Source of the DNA: Amoeboaphelidium protococcarum X5
Lineage: Eukaryota > Fungi > Aphelidiomycota
Assembly (NCBI GenBank): GCA_023515725.1
Contig: JALDTO010000155.1
Span: 593,147-657,146 of the forward strand
Length of the DNA: 64,000 bases
Direction of reading: 5' to 3'
Part shown: positions 27,466-42,199 of the stretch, one piece after another
Numbering within the stretch: position 1 is the stretch's first letter
How the letters are laid out: each line of letters starts with the position of its first letter
Notes under the pieces: model-generated
What the model was told of the DNA's origin: nothing
Database searches by the model: none
The model's input: only the letters and a program-made list of their open reading frames with translations
Program-made: the position numbers and the translations under genes

Positions 27466-27750
27466 TTTTTATTACTCTTTACCGCATTTTATTGTGTTTT
27501 AAATTTTAATTATTTGATGTCCATTTTACAAAATGTTGAGATTGCCTATCGCAGATGCATCTCTCCTTTAGCGGAACATCGCTTTCCACTCACCGAGCGA
27601 TCCTTCTACCACTTTTCCCTTTACTGTACTTTGTTCAACTCAAAATCTCGATTTATATTCTTTCCTTCTGTTCCATCATCTTAAGTCAATTATTCATTGA
27701 CGGTTATTACTTGAGAATCCGTCTTAGAACAAAGATAAGATAGTGCTGTG

Positions 27751-29388
27751 ATGGAAGTTGAGTAATCACCTTTAAATGAAGTTAGACAGATGTGGCAGTT
27801 TGCTGCATTGAGCCAGTTTATGCACACGTTTAGTGCAGCCATCAAGTTGGAGAAGGATGATGATTTTAGTACGGATGAACTAGAGACTATGATTATAGGA
27901 GGTAGTGAGGAGCTTATCAGTGATTACGTCAATATAATTATGAAAATGATGCGAATGATTAGTCCTAATATCATTTCAAGAGAGAATTTCTAAAGTTAAT
28001 TGGTGATGATTTTGGATCAGTTTGAACATGATCTGCTCTATGTTAATCAAGTCATGAACGTTGACTGGAACAAATACCATAAGCGGAATATTGATTATGG
28101 AAGTAATTTGTAAAAGTAAAATGCATAGAGTTTAGAGTAATATAAAGAATGGGTTGATAGAGTAAAGACTGAAGATACATCTAAATGGGATCCCGGATGT
28201 AAAGTTTTACTATTATACTCCCTGTCTGAACTTGTGCTTTTGGTTGATCCCTCTCGCTTGCTTAAACGTCGTAAAGCTATCGATGCGGATGCTGATGATT
28301 TTGAAGAGGAAGTTATGCTCAGAGTGGAGCCGCTTGGTTCTAATTATGCAGAGTCGGAATTCTACTATCTCTTTGATGACAATAGATTGTACAAGATTGC
28401 TCCGGATGCTCGCGGTAAATGTCAACTTCTCTGCGGCACTTTATCAGAGTGGTAAGATGTTGCCAATAGATTAGGTGAATTGCAGCATACTAATATAAAA
28501 TCTGCCAAGCCTTCAGCAGCGGTTAAATTTGACCGAGCACTTTATGATCGTATAGTGAAAGAGTGTGCTCCATAAGTTATTGAGCACATTTAGGAAGAGT
28601 TTAGATTGAAGAATTAGAGGCTGAAGTTGGAGTAATTGCGGAGTCTACGAGTCACCACTAGGAGTTCTAATAGAAAGCCTACACCGGAAGTTTAGTAGTA
28701 GTAGACATAGCCTGCTCCAAGTGTTTAAAATAAAGCAAAGAATTAGGCCGTTAAGAGTTCTGCTCCACCAGTGGCTGTAGAGACACGTCCACCTGGTCCA
28801 TCAGATAGGGAGCGACGAATGATGGAGCGTGAGTAGAAGCTTATTGAGAGGCAAGAGAAAAAAGCTCTGGAAGAATCACGCAGATTGCATGCAGAGTAAT
28901 AAAAGTAATTAAAGCTTGAGGAAAAGGCTAGAAAATAGGATAATGTTAATAGCAATAACAACAGTAATGGTACAGATGGTGGTGTGACTAAATAAAAGAA
29001 AAGGAAAAAGTCTGAAATAGCTGGTAATTCTCTCACTTTGACCAGCTAACCTCAGAGTTGGTACTTTGATTGCTACTGCAATGTGCGATAAATGAATTAC
29101 GACGATGGAAGCCCATTGGTCAGCTGCTCTTAGTGTCAAGTGTGGAAGCATATAGCCTGTGTAGATAAATATTCTCGCCATAAAATCAATTGGGATAAGG
29201 ATGATTTTTCATGTTGGACCTGCTCTCGTCCAATGTATGTAGAGAAGATGCGGCGTTAATCTTCTTAGTCTGCTCATTAGTAATCAAGTACTGAGAGTCC
29301 TAGTGATAATCAGTAGAATTAAAGTCCAGAAGAATAGATGCAAGAACCTGAGACTATATTTGATTTATGTCAATTAATTGAGCAATGA
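27751..29388 (+). CDS. DDT/WHIM + PHD-finger chromatin protein (RSF1/CECR2-like ISWI partner)
   Basis: RQMWQFAALSQF, LRVEPLGS...YYLFDDNRLY and PHD WYFDCYC...SCSQCQVWKHIAC...FSCWTC. Confidence 0.75.
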
Positions 29389-29655
29389 TTCCAGTTTTGA
29401 CGCTAAGGATTGGTTGAATTTTTGTTAATAGAGTGGGCTCTTTGTTATCAGTAGTTGATGCAGTGTCTCGAAATATTTACCATCCAGATTATACCCTTCT
29501 TGTGTGAGTCGAATGCGCAGAGTCTCCTATTCTAACGTTTGAACTTTGATAACAGCCTCTAATTCACCGCAAGACTCTATCTAACAGCTGACAACAGACT
29601 GACTTATTTCCTCCAAACTCTACAATTCCTATTCAATAAAAGCAGACATTTTCAT
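29284..29655 (-). CDS. GSKIP: GSKIP (DUF727) domain protein
   Basis: IKVQTLEQETLRIRLTQEG...FETLHQLLITKSPLYQQKFNQSLASKLESL fits the GSKIP pattern. The frame runs to TGA 29284, overlapping the PHD gene. Confidence 0.75.
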
Positions 29656-29874
29656 TGAAATACTGTACAGCGATTTAGGTAGCAATTTCGACTCGTCACA
29701 ACGAGAACGACTGTTAGGAATCGCGCTCCTCGTGGTCTGAAGTCGCCAAATGTAACCAACAACAAGAAATCATGAGATTGAGACATGTGAAACTGAGACT
29801 GACGCGTCAGAGTTATCTAAATCATTTACTTCTCTTTTATCAAAAGCATTGGCTTTATATTTATAATTTATAGA

Positions 29875-31090
29875 ATGCGTATTGCACTAGAGTATCTCGC
29901 TTTAATCACTATTGTCAGTGTGTAGTAAGCATTGCTTGCTAATCCTCCGCTAACTAAATTCGAATTAAGCGCGTGACTGTGATTACAATGCATTTAACAG
30001 TGCCGTGAAACAGACACAAGACGGTCTTGACGCAGAGACAATGAAAGTCTATTTCCGAGGATGTCTTAGCGAGTCTGAATGGAATGAAGTTAATGAATAA
30101 ACACGCTTTTATTACATTGGTAATGCGGAGGCTGTGGCGGCATCTGAGACGGTGGAGTGGTATCCGTACATTGATTTGGACACTGATGAAAGCGACTTTG
30201 AATTAAATCTTGTACCGGGGGATTTTGCCAAATTCCGGTATGAACTACGCGAAATGCTGGGCGATGGTCAGTTTTCGAAAGTTTACTCAGCCTTTGATCA
30301 TAAAACGCAGCAGTTGGTTGCTTTAAAAATCGCGTATTACTCTGACGCTACTGATCAGCTGCAGAATGAGATTGCAGTATTAGAAGACTTGAATTAGTTG
30401 TCGTATGGAGAATCGAGTTCTACTAGATTTGATCCGGGGCTTCAATATATAACGCGACTGTTGGACAAGTTTGATTGGAAAGACAGCGAAATTGCAGTCT
30501 ATCCCATCTCGCTGCCAGTGGGCAAAGTATTGCCATTAGTAAATGCTCACTTATTTAAACAATGGACATATGGCCTAATAATGGCTTTAAGATACATTCA
30601 TGCTAAAGGTTATCAACACTGTGATATCAAACCGTAGAATCTCCTGTTTGATCCTGTCTCGTATCAACTCTTAGTCTCCGACTTTGGAAGCGCTGAAAAG
30701 TTCAATAATGTAAACGCAAAGGACTTTGTTGGTGGCACTGAAGGCTACTAGCCACCAGAAGCCGATTAATTAATTTTACACGAACGATTTGATGTCTATC
30801 AAATGGGTGTAACATTGTTTGATCTCGCCATTCAAACTAATCCATCGCAGTAGTATTTCTCGGGAGATGTGAGGCAATTCGGTAGTGGAGAATTTCGTCA
30901 AGATGCATTTGCCGTACTGAAGGCCTTGCAAGCAAATGTGAAGCCTTAGTTATTTTCATAGAAATAGTTGGCGCAACTTGCAATCGTTATTGCCCATTGT
31001 ATACGGCGCAATCCTTAGGAACGTCCATCCTATGATTAGTTGTTGAATGTCGCGTTCACACAAGGCTTTCTTAACCCAAACGGGAATTGA
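29875..31090 (+). CDS. DYRK-derived protein kinase with predicted signal peptide
   Basis: Inferred intron 29925-30000 (GTAAGC...AACAG) joins MRIALEYLALITIVSVYA to the kinase frame. GDGQFSKV, VALK, HCDIKPQN, DFG, GTEGYQPPE and RPSY motifs; TGA at 31088. Confidence 0.8.
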
Positions 31091-31274
31091 AAAGCAGATG
31101 AATCTATTGATGACACTCTATGATAAATCTATTGAGAAAACAGAATATTTACTCGACTTTACAGTTTTATGCTTCAATTCAATTCATTGCACATCTTAGT
31201 CAACCAGTACTTACTGAACAAGCTGAGCATTTAGTAACACCACCAACACAAGGCTCAACTACTGTACCTCTCTC

Positions 31275-31336
31275 ACGCGTCTATTATTGCCTGAAACGCG
31301 CCGCTGCTCGGAACAGAGCTGAAACGGGAAGCGCGT
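31275..31336 (+). promoter_or_regulatory. Cluster of MCB-like ACGCG(T) elements upstream of MSH2
   Basis: ACGCGT at 31275, ACGCG at 31296 and CGCGT at 31332. Confidence 0.5.
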
Positions 31337-31438
31337 CTCATCTTCTCTCAATCCCATTTATTACTTGCTTTCTATACTCAATTGAGGAGACTTATACTTG
31401 GTTAGAAAAACTTTGTATAATATATATTGATTACAACA

Positions 31439-33397
31439 ATGACTGTCCAGAACTTTATTGAATCTTGCATGAGACTTGAAGATAGTGCGTTGTAGGCTTT
31501 GCATATCATTCCTCAGAGTGGTTCTGATTCTCTAGCTGGCGGTGTGGATAAGGGCAAGACTAGTTTGTATGGATTTCTCAATTAGTGCAAGACCTCTGGC
31601 GGGTCCAAGTTGCTCTGTTAATGGCTAACTCATCCTCTGGTCGACCGAAAGAATATAGAATTTAGACTAGTGCTGGTGGAGATGTTTGTTGCCGACACCA
31701 CGTTACGTCTCGAGATCAGGGATAATTTAATGAAGGGACTAACTGATCTTGTGCGGCTGTCTGATAAGATTTCTAATGGCAAGGCTCAGCTGGAGGATTT
31801 TGTCAATTGTTACGATGCCCTTCTGAAATCTATGCAGATATTTGAGGCTTTGGATGCGTGTTAGTATGACAGCTATGGTTCTCTTTCATCGGAATCGCTG
31901 ACTGCATTAAAAGACACTTATCTATCCACACTGAAAGACAATATCCAATAACTTGAGCCATTCAAAGTTAAAGTTGAAAAGTCCATTGATATGTCCGCCG
32001 CCTTGAATCATTAGTACATGGTGCGTAGTGATAATGACGAAGGTTTGATGATCATCCGCCAAGACATGGAATCCTGCCTATCAGCGATTGAATAGGAAGC
32101 TGCCGCTGTCGCTGGCGATCTCGGCGTGGAGCTGGAGAAGAAGTTGAAGCTGGAATAGAATACTTTACACGGTCACCACTTGAGAGTGACCAGGACTGAC
32201 GGTAGGCTTATCCAAGGCAATAGTGAGTACATCGAGCTGTCCATTCAAAAGAGTGGTATAATGTTCACTACCTAACGATTAAGAAAGTTGAGCAAATAGT
32301 ACAAGAACCTTCAAGAGTCTTATCAGACTGCTCAGTCTTCTCTGGTGAAGAACTTTATATCAGAATGTTCAGATTTCGCCAATCCTCTGCGGTCTATCGG
32401 TGAAGTTGTTGCACATCTTGACGTTATTTTGACATTTGCGCATATTGCAGTCAATTCAAGTTCCTCTTATGTGAAGCCGAAATTTTACAATTCTGATGAT
32501 GATGGTGAAGGTGTGAATTTAGTTGGATCAAGACATCCTCTCGTTGAATTGAATGGCAATTTTATTTCTAATGATGTGGATTTGATCAAGAATGTCAGCA
32601 ACTTTGCCATTATCACTGGTCCTAATACTGGCGGTAAGAGTACTTATATCAGATAAATTGGAATGATTGCTATAATGGCACAGATTGGTTGTTTTGTGCC
32701 ATGTACCAGCGCCAGATTGCCGATATTTGACTCTATAATGTGCCGCATCGGTGCTGGTGATTAGTAGCTGAAAGGAGTGTCTACCTTCATGGCTGAAATG
32801 CTTGATACCTCTGCTATTCTGCAGCAGGCTACCGATAAGTCATTGGTAATTATTGATGAATTGGGCCGTGGCACTAGTACGTATGATGGATTCGGACTTG
32901 CTTGGTCAATATCCGAGCATTTGGCATCTGAGATCAAGTGTTATACTCTGTTTGCCACTCATTTTCATGAATTAACTACACTGTCTCATCAGCTGAGTAA
33001 TGTAGTGAACTTGCATGTCTCTGCAGTAGTCAATGAGAATGCTATCGATGGTGATGCTGATGCGTTGACACTACTCTACAAGGTGGAGAAGGGTGTTTGC
33101 GATGAGAGTTTTGGGCTTCATGTGGCCAAGAGTGTCCGCTTCCCATCAGAAGTTGTTCGCATGGCTGAAGAGAAAGTGTATGAACTGGAGAATGGCTATG
33201 AAGAATCTTATGAATAGTACTATTAGAAGTAAGTGCAGAAATACGGTGCTCAATAGTTGGAGGAAGGTGACAAGTTGCTTAAATCAACCCTTGAGGCTTC
33301 TCAACGCAACGATGAAAACTCTGTTCTGACATTGCTATCTGAACTTGACGCCAAAAAGTAGTCTAATTAGTATCTTCTGGATGTCCTCTAAGAATGA
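31439..33397 (+). CDS. MSH2: DNA mismatch-repair protein MSH2 (N-terminally short, 652 aa)
   Basis: [70 protein letters not shown] and SFGLHVA. Confidence 0.93.
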
Positions 33398-33527
33398 AGA
33401 ATGACTTTTTATTCGTGTTTATATATCTACCCATGTATTTAGTGCGTTACATTTCTTATGTTTTTTATTGGGTTCATCTTTGAACTCCTTTCGGATCTTA
33501 TTCTCCGCTGAATTTTTACCCACCAGG

Positions 33528-34419
33528 ATGGATTAATAAGATTCTTAAATCTAATAGACGCCTGATAATAATGGTAGTGAATTTGCAAAATTGAACTGTC
33601 CAAGCGGATCCTTTGAAGTGTAACTGAAGCTTCAATAGCTTCGTCAGGAATGGTACTCCGCGATATCTTATCGATAATCCAGGTGCTTGGATGATATCAG
33701 CGAGGCTGTATATGATGAAGAGATTCGGATGGCGCGTGTGATACACAATCGAAATTAACATTTGGATACATGTGGGATCAGCGGTCGCGATATAAAAGAT
33801 AGTGATAGACTTTAGACAGGAGATGGTAGTTCTACTGAACGACGAGGTGTGTATCTGTATCCTGAAGAAGTTTTGTATCAAGTGGATAGATGTAATCTAG
33901 TACTTTGGCATTCCAATTCAGTGCTATCAATTATTCAATGCTTTGATCTGTTGCTCAACTGTGGGGATTGTTCCCTCTCTGAATACTTGGTAAGATTATC
34001 ATGTATATTCTTGTCGCAATTATTTAGCAAATGTGTGTAGGCGTATTCCCATCTTAAAAATCAAGGCTACATTGTTCGGCGAACTATTCGAAATGGATAG
34101 TAGGGTGAGCATACCAATCTGTACTCTGTATGGAAACCAAATTCAGCCTTTAGCAAGAGAAATCCTACAGAACCTTTCTGCATCTACAAGGTGCTTGAGT
34201 AAGTTTATATCTTTTTAATTCTAGGCGATTAATTTTTAACGCGTTTATTAGTTGTTTGCGTGTAGATATTCTGATCAAACTATTGACGTGTTCGCGTTAC
34301 GACCGGCCGAGTTGGCGCAGTGTTCTCAATTCGTTATAGCATTAGTGGATGGTGGTGAAGTTGTTTTTATACGAATTGAAGATTGTAAAGATGATGATCA
34401 TATATAACAAGCAAAATGA
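33528..34419 (+). CDS. SEN54: tRNA-splicing endonuclease subunit Sen54
   Basis: YLYPEEVLY, EYLAYSHLKNQGYIVRR, YSVWKPN and IALVDGGEVVF. Introns 33990-34040 and 34199-34265. Confidence 0.8.
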
Positions 34420-34493
34420 TGATGATGATTCTGCATAAATAAACTTTATATTCTCAAAAGTATGCAATAATTACCTTGGACCACTTGACTTGA

Positions 34494-35690
34494 TCAGACT
34501 GCATTAGCCAAACCAACCTGATTGTTCTCCAAATCATACACAGAGTAGAACTTGCGCAAAAATGAATCTCCGACAATAAATAGATCCATACCGGACGGCA
34601 GGTTCAAGCCAAAGAAGCTGCTCAGACATTGTCCTTGTAAGTTCAAAATGTAATCAGATGCTGACAAGGTGAAATTCTTGCCGCTAAACACAAAAGTTAT
34701 ATCAGGCATAGATGGAACTTCAGCACAGTTCACCAGATACTGACCAGTAGGTAGGCGCAAACCACCCAGCTTTTCATTAATACGATCAGCATCCTTGGAT
34801 GGACATGCAATCAGAGAGGTACCGGTATCAATAGCAGCACCGCGACGCATCTCCATATTTTCATCCCCCATGATCAGAGTGTCCATCTACACTTCCCAGT
34901 ATGCCTGACGACTAACAGGCAGGTACGTGATATCACCAGTATAATACTGCGGGTCAACTCCACCCAGAGTCATGACACCATTCTTCTAAGATGGATCTGA
35001 GGCACGATTCAAATAGAAGGAGAACATTGCACGGTCCAACAGACCCTCTTCCACAAAGCGATAAATAGGAGGTACCACCTGCTACACGGCAATACGCGGA
35101 TAAGCAAGACCAAAAATACCGTCGAATTGAGCGAAAATGAACACAAGACCGGGAAGCTTGGTGACTTCAGCAAAATCAACCTCAGCCTTCAACCCCTCAC
35201 CCATGTCCAAGACATCACGGGATATGAAACCAGCAGCAGATCCTGATCCATATGTAATCTCGAATTTAGTGCCATTCTTGTGGTAAGTAGAGCTTCTTCT
35301 GGAATTATAACGCGTGTGGCGCAAGCAAGCCAGAGAAAAGCATTTGCTGCTAGGTACCCACAGGTTAGAAGATCCAGTGTCAAAGATCATCTTGAACTCC
35401 TTCGCGGGCGTACCCAATTTAATATTACCAAAGTATTGCGCATCCAAATAGTTGCTCAATGGCACGCCAACCTTGTAAGCCGCGTCAATGTCATCATTAT
35501 CATTATTATCATCCGCGGCAAAATACTTTTAATATGCACCCATGAAGCCATGATCATTTACATCGCCCATTGCCTCCAGTTATTGAATGGTGAGATTCAA
35601 TTTCTGAACAGGGACACTGATAATTTTAGCTTGCGCGCTACATAGCGATAACAATAGTACTCCTACAGAGATAACTGGGATATGCAACAT
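34494..35690 (-). CDS. PEP4: Vacuolar aspartic protease (Pep4/cathepsin D-like)
   Basis: Signal peptide, [26 protein letters not shown] and [13 protein letters not shown]. Confidence 0.93.
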
Positions 35691-35910
35691 TCCTATCTCA
35701 AGTAAGTGATCTTTCGTGTTGAATTGAACGTTTGATCAAATTACGGGATGAAGAGCGAAAGGCGATGGCGTGGGAATGAATGCAAAGCTTGTCGCTTCTT
35801 TTGATTTTTCATCGATCAGCAGCTATCTGTTCGTACTCGCCGCATTGTAAGTGAGTAAGAGAAAACTCAAAATACAGCAAATTGTCAAAAGTGTTATAAT
35901 GCCATGTTAT

Positions 35911-38799
<2,889 letters not shown>

Positions 38800-39196
38800 A
38801 CTTAAATTTCTATCCACTATTAATGTTCTAATATTAATTACTATAATGAGTGACAAGCTATGAGGCGGAATCGATAGTGTTCAAAATATAGCTAAGAGAG
38901 AAAAGGCGACAGGTCGGCAGGCGGTTTTACCGATAGAAAATCGCCGCTCCTTTCCCGATCTCCCTTGCACTCGCTCTCCATATATTGTTACTTGGAGATC
39001 TCACTGCCTACAATATATTATCATGATTATGATGGCAAATGAAGTTCATAACCGAAGATGGAGTGGATATGGAAGCATATTAGTTTCGCGCTTTTAGTGC
39101 TATGAAATACAAAATACTTGCTTTTTCTGGAATGTAATCGTGCCAATGCAAAGGGTAATAACTTCACAATCTAAAAGTATATATACACAGACTATC

Positions 39197-41954
39197 TCAT
39201 ATAATACAAAGGTGAGAGCATCCAGCGGGACACTCTTGTGAGCCAGAGTGTAAGAACCAATTGCGCACACATTCAACGTGGCCACCGTGATTACATTCTC
39301 TACAGTAGACGTAATACTAACTTTCAACTCTCTTTAAACTACACATTACTTGCATACATTGTGTTCAATGATGATAAATCTTTAGCATTAATAGAACATA
39401 CAATCTTACCATATGCAGCATACAGCAGAATCATCCCCGCATTTAAGGCAAGAAGATCGCTAAGATGGCAACTGTCTGTTACATCTTCCACACGCGGGAT
39501 ACATTGTCGTAGAACCGGCATTCATCTAGAGTACACTTGGTAGAGGACATAGCTTAATGAACTTGGTCGCATCCACAAATAGCTCAAATCTGTGCAACAA
39601 ATCTACAACACAAATACGCGTGATATGTGGGTAAAGATAATGGCTACATGATGGATAATAGTAAACATACCTATAAGCTTTTAAAACTGCATGCTAGCGA
39701 GACTTTCAGATATCTTCATCATTGTCAGCAGTTGAGCCAGCTAATTATCTTCGCAGGATAGCTATGAATGTAACAGTATAAAGACCATACAAAAATGGAG
39801 ATAATCGTCATTTTCAATAAAGAATAGTAAGAGCTCTCGGTAGAATTGAATCCATTCAGACTATGAAGAGCTTTAAGTATTAGTCAACTCTGACAGAATC
39901 TACCAGATATGCCCAGCTGCAAGTGCATCATTATCAGAGCATATCTGAGCATTGTGTGCACATATAGCACTGACATTATTACAACCACTAACATTATTAA
40001 GCTAATTTATTGCAGGTAGCCGATAACTCTACACCAATGTCTTAAACAGTTCAGGATCTTGATCGACGTTAAAGGGTAACACTCCATCACTTTGATAGAC
40101 ATCTAAATTCTGATAGTCTTGAGGATCAAATATTTACAATCGCAACTCTCTAGATTTTTATAACTTTTGTTATTACAACTGCGCAGACTGTGACGCGTTA
40201 GACTATGCTCTGCGGCCAATTTTACGCGCAAAATATGAACTCAACCTCGTAGATTCATAATCTTCATGGTACGATGAGCCACTACCACCGCTGCTGTTCA
40301 AAGTAGATTGAATTTGACCATACTGATGGATCTGAGAACTTTATACCTGAGTCTATGAATGTTGTTATTACTGCGAAGAAGAGGTGACCTACTATTATGG
40401 AGTCTAACTCTGTTTTCCAATTGCCAGGATAGTGTTTGATAATAGAGAGGGGATGGTCGATCCACTCCAAGTCATTAGAGAATCTTTACTCTTGGTATTG
40501 ATATTAGCACTAGAAACATTATTATTACTACCAGAAAGGGAAGATGACGCCTTTTACTGACCGCCTGTATCATGAGAATACGAGTGCGAATTACTTGATA
40601 CTGAATCTGTATAATCTCCAGGTAAATTCAAATACTTGGTAGACGCAATAACGGAGTCTTCATGCATATCCCAGGCAATACTATTCATGCTGAGAGAGTC
40701 GGAAATTTTATACCCAGTTCCGGCATCTTCTCCGCTATCATTACCAGTTTCCATTTAATTCATAATCAAACAGCGATCCTTGGACACTGAATACAAAGTC
40801 GATGAACCTTTCCACTGGAAATTAGTGACTGAATTACTATGATCCTCAAAAGTGTAATACGGAACATGAGGTCGATCCAAATTCCACACGCTAATGCGAT
40901 GATCAGAAAGTAGAGAGCACGATGCAATGTAGGACGAGTGTTACATATACTTGGATTCCGTAGTCAAGTCTTAAGAGCTATTGCCACCGCTGTAGACATT
41001 ATTATAACCACTACCCGCACCGCTATAATTCATCATAGCTGTATCGTGCGGTCGCCAGCCAACTGCGACAACGCTCGCTATAGTCTATATAGTGCTCACC
41101 GGCTTCCTGGTATCAGAGTCAAAATCCCAAACCTAAATCAATTTATCCCTTCCACCACTAGCCAAATACCGACCATCCTGATGCCAATCTATAGATAGAC
41201 ACAGTCCATTATGGGCGTTAATGCGCCGCTCATACATCTTACTCTGCCGAATGTCCCATCGCTAAAGAGTACCATTCTCGAAGGCAGCCGCAAAGTGATA
41301 CTATTGCCGTGGATGCCATGCAATATCGCGCACGCTCTCACTCTTACCTTCAAATGTCAATTGGGCCTCATCTTTCACTCTCAAGTCGAACAGCTTTACC
41401 GTCCCATCCTGACTGGCGCTCAGTAGCATCTGCTATTCCCCCGGATGGAACTTGACTCTGTTCACAGCGCGAGAGTGTTCATTAATGATCTTGTCCTGCT
41501 TCATCGTACCATGCTTTTAGATGTCCCAAATGACAATAGCACCATTAGTGGCTGCAGTCACAATGATATTCTTCTAAGTGGGCGACCAGTTCACATCATT
41601 GCTGGATGCATTCAGATTGATTTTAGCACCACTCCGCAAATTGATAACCTCATCCATCTGACCGCTGACGAGAGATACTACCCGCAGGACTTCTCTGCCA
41701 GCAATGACGGCAAAATCTGCATCTGGGGATAAGCTCAGAGCATTGAGAGAGCCCGTGGACTTGGTAATTCGCGATCGATTGTTGTGTGCAAGAGCCGTAT
41801 GCTTCCTGTCAGAGTCGGTACTTGTCATTTAGAGAGTAGCCCTGAGCGGAGGAGTCATTGACGGAGTACTTCCGCTTTTATAAGAATTTGACGCAGATGA
41901 TCCTTAATTAGAGTTAGCATTTGAAGTTGACTACTACCTCGTCGTAAATCGCAT
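39197..41954 (-). CDS. WDR24: GATOR2/SEA complex WDR24 (Sea2/Rtc1)
   Basis: N-terminal WD40 repeats ([38 protein letters not shown]), ICAHNAQI and a C-terminal RING ending CPAGCSHLC. Intron 39603-39670. Confidence 0.88.
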
Positions 41955-42199
41955 ATTGAAACTTTTGATTTTAAGACCGTATTTGATGGTTGGGAAAAGA
42001 GGAACGAGCAGAGAGAACTTTCTTCTTCTTCTCTACATCTTACTTAAACTGGACGGTCAGTCGTCTGTAGTGTACGCCTACATCGAGCATTTAACATAAC
42101 GGACACCTTTATTACAAAGATTAACTTATTATATTGCGGTTTTTACTGATAAAGACGCGTTTAACGGGTATAAATCGTTCTGGGCAAAGTTGAGGTAGT

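Noticed and set aside
39020-39245. Short plus-strand ORFs between the USP and WDR24 genes
   Set aside because: Two frames are similarly open, as expected with a single stop codon, and neither has a motif.
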